Counted from the stretch's first letter, positions 9,454-20,203 are shown. The stretch: DNA of 64,000 nt from an uncultured Clostridia bacterium (GCA_944392545.1 CALXWW010000001.1:68033-132032); one strand, 5' to 3'. Numbers and translations are program-made. The notes: generated by a model from the sequence alone, not told the origin.

Positions 9454-10315
9454 TTTTCTAGGTAAAATTGTAAAAATAAAGGTTGATAGACCTCTTGGTA
9501 GTAAGCACCCTAAACATAGTTTTATTTATCCTGTAAATTACGGATATGTTCCTAACACAATAAGTGGTGATGGTGAAGAATTAGATGCATATATATTAGG
9601 CACTTTTGAGCCATTAGATGAATTTACAGGAAAATGCATTGCAATTATTCATAGAACTAATGATGATGATGACAAATTAATAGTTGTTCCTGAAGATAAG
9701 ACATATTCAGATGCTGAGATTATGGCTTTAACTGAATTTCAGGAGAGATTTTTTACTAGTATCATTATCAGAGAAGATAACATTTTAAAAGAATCAAATG
9801 TTTCTTTTCATCCATCACTCTATATATTAACAGGCCCTCCTGGAGTTGGAAAAACCACAATTTCTAATGAATTAGCTCAAAGCCTAGATAAAAGTGTTGT
9901 TATAGAGGGAGATGATATATATAATCAAGTTGTTAGTAGCCATGTAAGTCCATGGAAGGAAGGAAATCACTTAGAAATTTTCTGGGAAATCTGTCTTAAT
10001 ACAATAGATATATATTTAAAAAATAATTATAATGTTGTTTTCAACTATATAATATCTCCTAAAGATTTAAATATATTAAAAACCAAATTTAAGAATTACA
10101 CCCTAAGATTTTCTGTGTTACTAGCTAATAAAGAGACATTACTTGCTAGAGACTCTAAAAGGCCACTTGATTGCCAAATGCACGAGAGGTGTATTATACT
10201 ACTAGAAAAATTTCAAACCCAATATGTAAGCTCTAATAATATAATAAACACTACAAATGCAAGTGTAAAAGATATTATTAACACTTTAAAAACTGACGAC
10301 AAGTTTATTATATAA
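9437..10315 (+). CDS. inorganic pyrophosphatase fused to a P-loop (AAA_33-like) kinase domain
   Basis: YPVNYGYVPNTISGDGEELDAY and DDDDKL (family I PPase), then LTGPPGVGKTT Walker A. Probable TTG start at 9437 after GAGGTG. Confidence 0.85.
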   Translation: MSTANNFLGKIVKIKVDRPLGSKHPKHSFIYPVNYGYVPNTISGDGEELDAYILGTFEPLDEFTGKCIAIIHRTNDDDDKLIVVPEDKTYSDAEIMALTEFQERFFTSIIIREDNILKESNVSFHPSLYILTGPPGVGKTTISNELAQSLDKSVVIEGDDIYNQVVSSHVSPWKEGNHLEIFWEICLNTIDIYLKNNYNVVFNYIISPKDLNILKTKFKNYTLRFSVLLANKETLLARDSKRPLDCQMHERCIILLEKFQTQYVSSNNIINTTNASVKDIINTLKTDDKFII

Positions 10316-10340
10316 TATAAAATTATGGAAGTGTATAAAT

Positions 10341-10850
10341 ATGAATATAGAAATAAGAAAAGCAAAATTAGAAGATTGTGAAGAACTATCATATCTAAAA
10401 AGAGAAATATGGGAAACAACCTATAGAGGTATTTATCCTGACGAAAAATTTGATTCTTATAATTACGTGGGAAATGCTCATAAATTCGAGAATATTATAC
10501 TAAGTAATGATATTTTCTTATATGTTGCTAGTGATAATGGTAAATTAGTAGGATATGTTGCTTTTGGTTCTCCATTAAGACCATTTAGAGATTACTCTAA
10601 AGAAATAGTTTTATTATACATAAAAAAAGAGTATCAAGGTATTGGTATCGGAAAAAAATTTTTTAATTTAGGATATGAGTATATAAAATCTCTAGGTGAA
10701 ACAAAATTTTTAATTTCTTGTAATAAATATAATTTACCGGCTCAAGGTTTTTATGAAAAAATGGGAGGTAAAAAAGTATATATAGATGATGATATGGATA
10801 ATAAAAGTATACCTCAAATAAAATATGAATATATAATTAATCGACACTAA
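10341..10850 (+). CDS. GNAT N-acetyltransferase
   Basis: LYIKKEYQGIGIGKK and N..AQGFYEKMG. Confidence 0.9.
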   Translation: MNIEIRKAKLEDCEELSYLKREIWETTYRGIYPDEKFDSYNYVGNAHKFENIILSNDIFLYVASDNGKLVGYVAFGSPLRPFRDYSKEIVLLYIKKEYQGIGIGKKFFNLGYEYIKSLGETKFLISCNKYNLPAQGFYEKMGGKKVYIDDDMDNKSIPQIKYEYIINRH

Positions 10851-10875
10851 TAAAATATAAAGGAGAATTAAAGTT

Positions 10876-11376
10876 ATGGAAATGGTAGATAAATTAGATA
10901 ATAAAAGACAAATGCTAAATAAAACAGCTGAACGTTCTGAAAAAACAAACGGAGAATATCGTCAATCTGTACATACATGGATAATGAATAGTAAAGGAGA
11001 ATTTTTAATTCAAAAAAGATCTCCTAACAAAAAATTTTTTCCTAATATGTGGTCTCAAACTGGTGGAGGAGTTGATGAAGGAGAAACTACTTTACAAGCA
11101 GCACTAAGAGAATGTAAAGAGGAACTAGGAATCACTATAGATTTAATCAATATTGAACTAATTTTATCTTTTAAAAGAAAATTTGATTTTGTAGATGTAT
11201 GGCTTGTAAAACAGGATATTGATATTTCTAATATATTATTGCAAGAAGAGGAAGTTTCTGACGTAAAATGGGCTTCAATATATGAAATTAGAGAGTTAAT
11301 GAAAACAAATAGACTTGCAAAAAGTATTGAAATATATTTTGATATGTTTATTAATTTAATAGATTATCCTTTTTAA
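10876..11376 (+). CDS. NUDIX hydrolase
   Basis: Nudix box GGGVDEGETTLQAALRECKEELG. Confidence 0.92.
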   Translation: MEMVDKLDNKRQMLNKTAERSEKTNGEYRQSVHTWIMNSKGEFLIQKRSPNKKFFPNMWSQTGGGVDEGETTLQAALRECKEELGITIDLINIELILSFKRKFDFVDVWLVKQDIDISNILLQEEEVSDVKWASIYEIRELMKTNRLAKSIEIYFDMFINLIDYPF

Positions 11377-11451
11377 ACAAGTTATCTTTGTAAAATATTA
11401 AATAGTTAAATTTTATAATCAATTTATTCATAATTGTATAGTATATAAAAA

Positions 11452-11497
11452 TTAGCAGTTTGTAAAAGCTTTTTCTTAAGATTTTACAAACTGCTAA
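11452..11497. terminator. bidirectional terminator
   Basis: 16-bp perfect inverted repeat TTAGCAGTTTGTAAAA between convergent genes. Confidence 0.8.
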
Positions 11498-11504
11498 CTT
11501 TAAT

Positions 11505-13571
11505 TCATTGTTCTTTTTCAAATTCTATTGTTACTTTAAATAGATCTCCATCTAGATGAATATTAAACTTACCTTGTTGAAGTTCTGTTAAACTTGTTGC
11601 TATAGAAAGTCCTAGTCCGCTTCCCTCTGTATTTCTTGATGCTTCTCCTCTTACAAATCTTTGCATTAATTCATCTGCACTTATGTTTAACTTTTGTTTA
11701 GAGATATTTTTTAGTTCAATCGAAACCACATTTCCTTTATCCAAAATATCTGTATATACTCTTGTTCCATCCATTGCATATTTTGATATATTTGAATACA
11801 TATTTTCTAGCACTCTATACATGTACCTACTATCTGCTTTAATATATACGTCTTTTTCTGGAAATGTTATTACCTCCTCAAGTTCATGTGCCTTAAATTT
11901 GTCTTCAAATTCTCCTGATACTTGCTTTATCAATTCATTTACATTTAATTTTTCCATATTAAGTTTTATTGTTCCTGAAGAAGCCTTAGATGCCTCTACT
12001 AAATCCTCTGTTAACTTTTTTAATCTTTGAGATTTGTTATCTAAAATTTCTAAATATTCCTTCGCCTTTTCTCCGTCCATTCCTTCTTTTTTTAATAAAT
12101 CCACATAATTTATAATCGAAGTTAGAGGTGTTTTTATATCATGTGATACATTTGTAATGAGCTCGGTTTTTAGTCTTTCACTTTTTAGTCTTTCTTCTAT
12201 TGCATTAGATAAACCTCCAGCTATATCATTAACTTCTTCTGACATATCTTGCATCTCTCTTGATAGTTCTTTCTGATCCAAATCTATATCTGTATTTCCT
12301 TTATATAGTTCATGTATTGCTTCTTTAACTTTTGCAAAAGATTTGACTGTTTTTGATAAATATCTAAACGTAAATACATATAATGTAATTGATAAAATTA
12401 CTCCTATAAATCCATCAGACCAAAGGATTGCAAAACATATTAGATTAGTTATTATAAACAATATAAAGTACAATAATAATTTCTTAGTTAATTTTAGGTC
12501 CTTAATAAAATTAACTATTTTCATATATACCCAATATATAAATGTTGTCTTTATAAAAGTATGTGTTTTTAATCTCTTTACAATTGTTTCAAAGAATAAT
12601 ATACAAGCCAAGTAAATTATTAAAAGTCCTACTCCTATTATTGAAAGACCTATTACAAATGAAGCCATTGTAGAAATTCCACTCACACTAGCAATAAAAC
12701 ATACTCCTATTCCTCCTATAATTGTAGATATAAGCGCTGCAATTTCTATTAAAATTTTGTCATACCAGTTTAGTGATATTCCTTCTCTTTTACTTGTTTT
12801 TCCTATACCAAGTATAATCACTGGTATTAATAGTATTATTAATACAATTACTGCTGGTATTAATAATACTGCTCTTTGATTTATTCCTAATAATATTGAA
12901 TAGAAAATTTTATCTGTAGACAAATTATCTAAATATATCATATCATCTAATACCGCAGAATAAATTGTATATGATTTTTTCTCATCTGTCTTGCTACTTT
13001 CTGTATTTGATGATTCTTCAAGAATACTTGAGTCTGATATTTCTAAAGCTCTCTGACTTATACCACTTTCTATATATTCTATATTGTCATTATTTAGTCT
13101 ATTTATACTAGTTTCTATATTTCCATCTTGATAATTCCAATATCTTTGATTTTCCATTATACTATTTCTTATTTTTTCAACAGTACTTGTTTCTAGTGAA
13201 TAGCTTAGGTTAGTATATGCTTCTTTTGTATCATTGTCAATTATTAACCAAATAACATTGTTTTCATAATATTGAACAAGATAATTTATCTTTGTAATTC
13301 CACTATTTTCTTTTATTTCTTCTGTATACACATAATAACCATATTTTTTTTCTTTTAAATTATTTACGGCAGACAGAGCACTAAATACTTCAGTTGCATA
13401 ATTCTCCGCAAAAGTATTAGTTTCATAATAACTTAAATTTTGTTTTATTGCATTTCTTTCTAATGGATAAGTTAATGCTAGTATTAAAATTATAAATATT
13501 GCCATAAATACAGGGAACAATACATATGCTATATTCTTTAGTATTCTCGGTACACAAAGTTTTCTTTTCAT
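11505..13571 (-). CDS. membrane sensor histidine kinase
   Basis: Multiple TM segments, NVSHDIKTPLT H-box, N-box SNISKYA, GSGLGLSI. Confidence 0.95.
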   Translation of the reverse strand: MKRKLCVPRILKNIAYVLFPVFMAIFIILILALTYPLERNAIKQNLSYYETNTFAENYATEVFSALSAVNNLKEKKYGYYVYTEEIKENSGITKINYLVQYYENNVIWLIIDNDTKEAYTNLSYSLETSTVEKIRNSIMENQRYWNYQDGNIETSINRLNNDNIEYIESGISQRALEISDSSILEESSNTESSKTDEKKSYTIYSAVLDDMIYLDNLSTDKIFYSILLGINQRAVLLIPAVIVLIILLIPVIILGIGKTSKREGISLNWYDKILIEIAALISTIIGGIGVCFIASVSGISTMASFVIGLSIIGVGLLIIYLACILFFETIVKRLKTHTFIKTTFIYWVYMKIVNFIKDLKLTKKLLLYFILFIITNLICFAILWSDGFIGVILSITLYVFTFRYLSKTVKSFAKVKEAIHELYKGNTDIDLDQKELSREMQDMSEEVNDIAGGLSNAIEERLKSERLKTELITNVSHDIKTPLTSIINYVDLLKKEGMDGEKAKEYLEILDNKSQRLKKLTEDLVEASKASSGTIKLNMEKLNVNELIKQVSGEFEDKFKAHELEEVITFPEKDVYIKADSRYMYRVLENMYSNISKYAMDGTRVYTDILDKGNVVSIELKNISKQKLNISADELMQRFVRGEASRNTEGSGLGLSIATSLTELQQGKFNIHLDGDLFKVTIEFEKEQ

Positions 13572-13602
13572 TTACTTCCTCCATTTCTAAAACTTTTATT
13601 AA

Positions 13603-14307
13603 TTAATCTATCTTTTCTATTTTATATCCTATTCCCCATATAACTTTTAGGTACTTGGGCTCTCTTGGATTTATTTCTATTTTTTCCCTTATGTGTCTTA
13701 TATGTACTGCTATGATATTTTCTGCACCATAACTTTCTTCTTCCCATACATTTTCATATATTTGTTCAATTGAATAAACTATTCCCTTGTTTTTGGTTAA
13801 AAATTTAAGTATATTATATTCTGTAGGGGTTAATTTAACTTCTTTTCCGTCTACCTCTACCGTTTTAGTATCATCATTTATTACTAAATCTCCTGATTTA
13901 TATATATTACTATTATTTTCCTTTTTTACCATAGAACCTAAGCTCGTATATCTTCTGATTTGTGAATTAACCCTCGCTATTAATTCTAATGGATTAAAGG
14001 GTTTAGTGACATAGTCATCCGCACCGTTATTTAGTCCAGAAATTTTATCATAATCCTCTGATTTGGCAGATAACATTATTATCGGTATTGATTTATCTTT
14101 TCTTATAATATTAGCTGTCTCTATGCCATCTAATTTTGGCATCATTATATCTAGTATAATAAGTTGAATATCATTATTTTTCCTTAATATTTCTAATGCT
14201 TCATATCCATCATAAGCTTTTAAAATATTATATCCTTCTTTACTTAAATATATCTCTATTGCCTTTACTATTTCCTTATCATCATCACATACTAAAATAT
14301 TATACAT
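13603..14307 (-). CDS. OmpR-family response regulator
   Basis: ILVCDDD, LDIMMP, KPF and winged-helix IWGIGYK. Confidence 0.96.
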   Translation of the reverse strand: MYNILVCDDDKEIVKAIEIYLSKEGYNILKAYDGYEALEILRKNNDIQLIILDIMMPKLDGIETANIIRKDKSIPIIMLSAKSEDYDKISGLNNGADDYVTKPFNPLELIARVNSQIRRYTSLGSMVKKENNSNIYKSGDLVINDDTKTVEVDGKEVKLTPTEYNILKFLTKNKGIVYSIEQIYENVWEEESYGAENIIAVHIRHIREKIEINPREPKYLKVIWGIGYKIEKID

Positions 14308-14442
14308 AAAATTACTCCTTTTTAATTTAACTGTCTACATAACTATTATATCACATCTACCTTTTTCACAAAAATAGTATAGCATAATTTTATTAAGAAA
14401 AAAGGAGGTATTTATTAATTTTTTATTAATTATCTGTCTTAA

Positions 14443-14459
14443 TGTCGAATTTTGTCGGC
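14443..14459 (+). promoter_or_regulatory. tandem Spo0A-box-like sites
   Basis: TGTCGAA (perfect TGNCGAA) and TGTCGGC 10 bp apart, upstream of the 14529 gene. Confidence 0.5.
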
Positions 14460-14528
14460 TTATTTTTGTTGTTATATGTATCAACCTATGTTATACTTTT
14501 AGTATCATATTAGAAAGGAGGTAAACCT

Positions 14529-15065
14529 ATGGAACAGGAAACTCTATCACTTATATTATCAAAATTAAATGAAATGGATACAAAGTTTGACAGTTTAAAC
14601 GCCAAGATTGATTTAGTTCATAAGACTCTTAATGATAAAATAGATAATGTATTTAATGTGCTTAATAAGAGAATTGATGACGCAGTTATTGAACTTAACC
14701 AAAAATATGATGCACTTGATAAGAAAATCGATAACATTAATGAATCTCTTAACAAGAAAATCGATGACGTTAATGAATCTCTTAACAAGAAAATCGATGA
14801 CGTTAATGAATCTCTTAACAAGAAAATCGACGACGTTAATGAATCTCTTAACAAGAAAATCGACGACGTTAATGAATCTCTTAACAAGAAAATCGATGAT
14901 GCTGTTATTGCCCTAACAGAAAGAATGGACTTTAGAATTGATGACGCATCTGAAACATTGAATGCAAAAATTGACTTTACATATAAGAGCCTATCTAATT
15001 CTTTAAATAGACTTGAGTCATATACTAAAAGCAACTTTGCTGAAATACATAATAATAATGTCTAA
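14529..15065 (+). CDS. coiled-coil 11-residue repeat protein (KID/Bdr-like repeats)
   Basis: AGGAGG RBS and repeats of KKIDDVNESLN. Confidence 0.8.
   Translation: MEQETLSLILSKLNEMDTKFDSLNAKIDLVHKTLNDKIDNVFNVLNKRIDDAVIELNQKYDALDKKIDNINESLNKKIDDVNESLNKKIDDVNESLNKKIDDVNESLNKKIDDVNESLNKKIDDAVIALTERMDFRIDDASETLNAKIDFTYKSLSNSLNRLESYTKSNFAEIHNNNV
14721..14900 (+). repeat. 33-bp tandem repeat, about 5.5 copies, in frame
   Basis: AAGAAAATCGAYGACGTTAATGAATCTCTTAAC-type units at 14721, 14754, 14787, 14820, 14853 and a partial copy at 14886. Confidence 0.95.
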
Positions 15066-15083
15066 ATTTCATTTTCATTTAAA

Positions 15084-15146
15084 TCTTAAAGTGGCTTACA
15101 AATGTAGTTTAACTAAATAAAACTATATCTGTAAGCCACTTTAAGA
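15084..15146. terminator. long bidirectional hairpin
   Basis: 17-bp perfect inverted repeat TCTTAAAGTGGCTTACA between convergent genes. Confidence 0.8.
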
Positions 15147-15187
15147 CTACTTTTACTTATTCATCCATATATCTTACTGTTTTTATA

Positions 15188-15955
15188 TTATATTTCTATT
15201 TCTAATCCAACAGGGCAATGGTCACTTCCTAATATCTCTGGATATATATAGCTGTCCTTTATTTTCTCTTTTATACTATCTGATACTATAAAATAATCAA
15301 TTCTCCATCCTACATTTTTTTCTCTGGCCTTGAACATATATGACCACCATGTATACGCTTCTGTTTTATCTGGGTATATATATCTAAAACTGTCTGTAAA
15401 ACCAGATTCTAATAATTCTGTCATTTTATTTCTTTCTTCATCAGTAAAACCAGCATTTCTTCTATTGGTTTTAGGATTTTTTAAATCAATTTCTTTATGT
15501 GCTACATTTAAATCTCCACACATAATTACAGGCTTTTTCTTATTAAGTTCTAAAAGATATTTTCTAAAAGCATCTTCCCATGTCATCCTATAATCTAGTC
15601 TTTCTAATTCTCTTTTAGAATTTGGTGTATAGCAATTCACCATGTAAAATTTGTCAAATTCTAAAGTAATTACTCTTCCTTCTTTATCATGTTCTTCTAT
15701 TCCTATACCATATGTAACACTCACCGGTTTATTTTTTGTGATTACTGCTGTTCCTGAATATCCTTTTTTCTCGGCACTATTCCAATAAGTATTGTATCCT
15801 TTAAAAATCGCCATAATATTTTCATCTAATTGTTCTTCTTGCATCTTGGTTTCTTGAATACAAAAAATATCTGCTTCTATATCTTTAAAAAATTGTGTAA
15901 ACCCCTTAGTAATAGCTGCCCTTAATCCATTTACATTCCATGATACTAATTTCAT
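15188..15955 (-). CDS. xth: exodeoxyribonuclease III
   Basis: MKLVSWNVNGLRA, CIQETK, GDLNVAH, GWRIDYF, SDHCPV. Confidence 0.97.
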   Translation of the reverse strand: MKLVSWNVNGLRAAITKGFTQFFKDIEADIFCIQETKMQEEQLDENIMAIFKGYNTYWNSAEKKGYSGTAVITKNKPVSVTYGIGIEEHDKEGRVITLEFDKFYMVNCYTPNSKRELERLDYRMTWEDAFRKYLLELNKKKPVIMCGDLNVAHKEIDLKNPKTNRRNAGFTDEERNKMTELLESGFTDSFRYIYPDKTEAYTWWSYMFKAREKNVGWRIDYFIVSDSIKEKIKDSYIYPEILGSDHCPVGLEIEI

Positions 15956-16067
15956 TTATCTTTACCTCCAACAAGAAGAAGGAGATAGTTTCCCATCTCC
16001 TCCCTCTATTTCTATTGCTTTTATTTAATTCTCGTAAAATTTTTATACATTTATTGTCATCAATTAA

Positions 16068-17069
16068 TTATAATGAGTTAAAATATACGTTTCCACCTAT
16101 AAGTTCACCTGAATGGTATCCTGCTGCTCTAAATGATAAGTATGAATGGTTTCTTTTTCCATTTAGTGCATCTAAAACTGCTTGTTTAACATAAGATGGA
16201 TAGTTACCATTTAATCTTCTTTGCCAATAGTTATCTATAGAATAACAGAATTGGCTAGGTGCCATATATTGGCTTAATGGATCTGAACCATAGCTTTTCC
16301 AACTACTACTTACAGTTCTATTACATGCCGTTGTAATAACAGCTAGTGCGCCTTCATAACTTGAACTACATTCCTGTGCTGTTATTGCACATAACAAATC
16401 TAATTCGCTTTCTGAATATGTCCATTTACCACCATTGTAAGTAGTTCTAGAACCACCTCTAGTGGTAATTTGTTTTGTTCTTATTTCTACAATTTTATCT
16501 ACTGGCTCTTTTATAACTTTTGATGAAATTTTAATTTTTTCTATTTCTTTTTTATTTTGATATTTTACCCTATATGTTACTTCTCTTATTCCGTTTTCTC
16601 CTTCTTGTATAACACTATCCTGTTTAGTTCCGCTTCCTGTTGTAACATCTTTCGTTATTGTTTCATAAGGTATTGTTTCTTTTTCAACAACTATTTTCTC
16701 TACTATTGTAGAATAATTATCCATTATATCTTCAGTTGATACTTCTGAAGATTTTTCTATTTCCTCAAAAATCTCAACATCTTCTGTCTCTTTTGATATT
16801 ATTATTGTATTATTATCTGATAGTTCTTCACTTGTGTCTGGTGTTACTTTCTCATCTTCTAATAATACAATGTGGTTTTCGTCTAAAATCTCTTTGACAC
16901 TTGTCTTAGTTGTTAAAACGTCCATCTCATAACCACTTGATAAAACTATTTTAACATTATTAACTTTGACATTACCTGCCATTACGCCAACACTTAATAA
17001 GAAAATAAGTATTATGCTAATACATACTATCTTTTTCAGCGATATTGACGCTTTATCATCATTTTTCAT
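16068..17069 (-). CDS. YabE-like protein: ubiquitin-like (DUF348) + G5 + SleB/CwlJ-like cell-wall hydrolase domain
   Basis: N-terminal TM, G5 motif (IPYETI...QEGENG...KEPVDKIV), C-terminal LLCAITAQE...AVITTACNR...APSQF. Confidence 0.75.
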   Translation of the reverse strand: MKNDDKASISLKKIVCISIILIFLLSVGVMAGNVKVNNVKIVLSSGYEMDVLTTKTSVKEILDENHIVLLEDEKVTPDTSEELSDNNTIIISKETEDVEIFEEIEKSSEVSTEDIMDNYSTIVEKIVVEKETIPYETITKDVTTGSGTKQDSVIQEGENGIREVTYRVKYQNKKEIEKIKISSKVIKEPVDKIVEIRTKQITTRGGSRTTYNGGKWTYSESELDLLCAITAQECSSSYEGALAVITTACNRTVSSSWKSYGSDPLSQYMAPSQFCYSIDNYWQRRLNGNYPSYVKQAVLDALNGKRNHSYLSFRAAGYHSGELIGGNVYFNSL

Positions 17070-17395
17070 ACGAAATTTGTTCCCTCCTTTAAAAGCAACA
17101 CATTTATTTTACCACATTTATTATATTTTGTCAAATTTAGGCTTGTCTCTTGTATGTGCTTATATTTATAGTATATGCGGCTTGTACAAAAAATATTACC
17201 ATTTTTTATAAGTTTTGCTATTGGCTTTATATAATATTTTTATCATATTTATTTTATTTTTTTTATAACTTAATAAAATTTTTTGTATTTTATTTTCATT
17301 TTCACAATAAATTCACATATATAGGTTATAATTCTTGTATAATATTCACTAATATGTTATGATATCAATATATTTTATTTAAGGAGGAGAATCTT

Positions 17396-17953
17396 ATGTT
17401 GTGGTGGATTATATTAGCAATAGTTGTAATAATTATTATTGCAATAATAGCGATATACAACAGTTTAGTAACCATGAGACAAAGAGTCAAAAACGCTTGG
17501 AGTCAAATTGATGTACAATTGCAAAGGAGATTTGATTTAATCCCTAATTTAGTTGAAACAGTAAAAGGATATATGGGACACGAAGCCGATGTTTTAACAA
17601 AAGTTACAGATTTACGTTCTTCTTGGGCAAATGCAAAATCTGTTGATGAAAAAGCTAAACTTGATAATCAACTATCTGAATCTTTAAAAACAATAATGGC
17701 TGTTGCTGAAAATTATCCTGATTTAAAAGCAAGCCAAAACTTCAGTGAATTGCAAACAGAATTAACAAATACAGAAAATAAAATATCTTATTCAAGACAA
17801 TTTTACAATGACACAGTAACTAGATATAATACAAAATTAGAAATGTTTCCTTCTAATGTTGTTGCATCTGTATTTAATTTTAAATCAGAAGAATTATTTG
17901 AAGTAGCTGATGTAGCTGCTAGACAAAACGTTAAAGTTGACTTTAACAAATAG
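17396..17953 (+). CDS. lemA: LemA family protein
   Basis: [27 protein letters not shown] and ENYPDLKA. Confidence 0.96.
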   Translation: MLWWIILAIVVIIIIAIIAIYNSLVTMRQRVKNAWSQIDVQLQRRFDLIPNLVETVKGYMGHEADVLTKVTDLRSSWANAKSVDEKAKLDNQLSESLKTIMAVAENYPDLKASQNFSELQTELTNTENKISYSRQFYNDTVTRYNTKLEMFPSNVVASVFNFKSEELFEVADVAARQNVKVDFNK

Positions 17954-18011
17954 TTTATAATATGGCCACAATAAAATGTGGCTATATTGTTATATATCTT
18001 CATTATAAAGG

Positions 18012-18926
18012 ATGGATATTATGTATCAAGATATACGAAATAATAAAATAAAAACTGGATTTATAGTTTCTTTATTTGTAATAGTAATAGCTCTAATAAT
18101 TTATTATATTTGTATGGCATTTGATTTAGGATATATGTCTATTATTATTGCAATGATATTTTCTATTGCTTCTGCTTGGGCTTCATATTATTATAGTGAC
18201 AAAATAGTTTTATCAATAAATAGAGCTCATCCAGCCTCTTCAGAACAGTATCAAAAACTAAATAATATATTAGACGGATTAATGGTTTCATCAGGACTAT
18301 CTGATAGACCTAAACTATATGTTGTAGATGACCAACAGCCTAATGCTTTCGCAACAGGGAGAAATCCTAAAAACGCTGTGATTTGCGTTACTACAGGGTT
18401 ACTCGAAAAGATGGATTATTATGAACTTGAAGGTGTAATAGCTCACGAATTATCACATATAAAAAATTATGATATACGTTTGTCTGCTGTTGTTAGCGTT
18501 ATGGTAGGTTTTATGGTAATATTAACGGACTGGGTAAGTCGTGCTTTATTCTGGGGTAGATTTAGTGATGATGATAATAATGATAATAGCGGTAATCCAG
18601 TACTAATGCTTATTGGACTTATTTGCTTAATATTAGCGCCAATATTTGGTCAACTTATGCAACTTGCCTTATCAAGGCGTAGAGAATATTTAGCAGATGC
18701 TAGTGCTATTGAGATTACTAGAAACCCTGATGGATTAATTTCTGCTTTACAAAAATTGGACGCAGATACTAACCAATTAAGAACAGCAAATAATTCTACT
18801 GCGCATATGTATATTGTAAATCCTTTTAAATCAAACTTAAAAAATGGGAAAAGAAGAAAAACAAATCTTCTTTCTACTCATCCTTCTATCGAGGATAGAA
18901 TAGAAGCAATCAGAAATTTAAAATAA
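18012..18926 (+). CDS. htpX: M48 zinc metalloprotease HtpX
   Basis: PNAFATG, AHELSH, SRRREYLAD, STHP. Confidence 0.95.
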   Translation: MDIMYQDIRNNKIKTGFIVSLFVIVIALIIYYICMAFDLGYMSIIIAMIFSIASAWASYYYSDKIVLSINRAHPASSEQYQKLNNILDGLMVSSGLSDRPKLYVVDDQQPNAFATGRNPKNAVICVTTGLLEKMDYYELEGVIAHELSHIKNYDIRLSAVVSVMVGFMVILTDWVSRALFWGRFSDDDNNDNSGNPVLMLIGLICLILAPIFGQLMQLALSRRREYLADASAIEITRNPDGLISALQKLDADTNQLRTANNSTAHMYIVNPFKSNLKNGKRRKTNLLSTHPSIEDRIEAIRNLK

Positions 18927-18985
18927 TAAAATTAATCATAGATGAAAAAGAAGATAATAATTTATAATTTTATCTTCTTCTTTTA

Positions 18986-19780
18986 CTATTTAACATTAAA
19001 TATTCTACAAGTATTTTCATACGTTACTTTTGCTATCTCTTCTAAACTTTTATGTTTTACATTCGCAACTTTTTCTGCTATATATTTAACATTTCTTGAA
19101 TCGTTTCTTTTTCCTCTATTTGGCTCTGGAGATAAATATGGACTATCTGTTTCAATTAGCATTCTCTCTAATGGGACCATTTCTATTATTTCATTTGCAT
19201 TCTTCGAATTTTTAAAAGTAATAGGTCCTGCAAAAGATATATAGTATCCTAATTTAAGAGCCTCTTTTACTAACTCTCTATTTAATGGGCAGCAGTGAAA
19301 CACTCCTTTTCTTTCCACTTCATTTGTCTTTAATATTTCTAGAGTATCCATCACAGCATCTCTTGTATGGATTACTATAGGTAAATTAAAACTATTTGCA
19401 ATTTTTATTTGTTTAATAAATACTTCTTTTTGTATATTTCTCTTTTCATCATCTTTTTCCCAATAATAGTCTAACCCTATTTCTCCTATTGCTAAAATTT
19501 TATTTGATTGTCTTTCCATCTCTACAAAATCCACAAGTTCTTTTAATTGATTATTTAATGTTTCTCTCTTCTCCGGTATGTCATTTGGCGATATTCCTGA
19601 TATAGTATAAATCCAATCATATTTCTTAGCTATTTCCAATGCATATATAGAAGATTTTAAACTATATCCTGCGTTTATTAGCTTTGTTATTCCACTATCA
19701 TATATATTTTTTATCAATTCTTCTCTATCGTAGTTAAATTTTTCATCATTATAATGTGCATGTGAATCGAAAAATTCCAC
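18986..19780 (-). CDS. tatD: TatD family DNase
   Basis: DSHAH, IGEIGLDY, IHTRDA, IETDSPY. Confidence 0.95.
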   Translation of the reverse strand: MEFFDSHAHYNDEKFNYDREELIKNIYDSGITKLINAGYSLKSSIYALEIAKKYDWIYTISGISPNDIPEKRETLNNQLKELVDFVEMERQSNKILAIGEIGLDYYWEKDDEKRNIQKEVFIKQIKIANSFNLPIVIHTRDAVMDTLEILKTNEVERKGVFHCCPLNRELVKEALKLGYYISFAGPITFKNSKNANEIIEMVPLERMLIETDSPYLSPEPNRGKRNDSRNVKYIAEKVANVKHKSLEEIAKVTYENTCRIFNVK

Positions 19781-19801
19781 ACCTATTCCTCCTCTAATAA
19801 T

Positions 19802-20203
19802 CTAATTATCAAAAACAGCAACTACACTTGCTACTGCATATTCTTTAATGTGTGAAATACTAATGTCTATACTTTTAAGTTCTATGTTATCCGCATTTTT
19901 TTTAAAGTTTTTCTGTAACTTATCCACATTTATTACAGGTTTCCCACCCTCTATGTTTATAACTTCTATATCTTTCCATAATGCTTCTTCTCTTCCTGAT
20001 ATAAATTGTGAAATAGCTTTAAAGACAGCCTCTTTCGTTGCAAACCTAGCCGCAAAATGTTGATATTTAATACTACCTGATTTATTGCAATATTCTATCT
20101 CTTTTTGGGTATAAATTCTATTTAAAAAATTTTCTCCCAATTCTTCTATGGTCTCTCTTATTCTATCTACTTCTATTATATCTATACCTGTTGTAACTCT
20201 CAT
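19802..20203 (-). CDS. acpS: holo-ACP synthase
   Basis: GIDIIEVDRI, AARFATKEAVFKA, ISISH. Confidence 0.95.
   Translation of the reverse strand: MRVTTGIDIIEVDRIRETIEELGENFLNRIYTQKEIEYCNKSGSIKYQHFAARFATKEAVFKAISQFISGREEALWKDIEVINIEGGKPVINVDKLQKNFKKNADNIELKSIDISISHIKEYAVASVVAVFDN

Noticed and set aside
14721-14900. 33-bp repeats as a CRISPR array
   Set aside because: Head-to-tail with no spacers, in frame within a CDS, and no cas genes.
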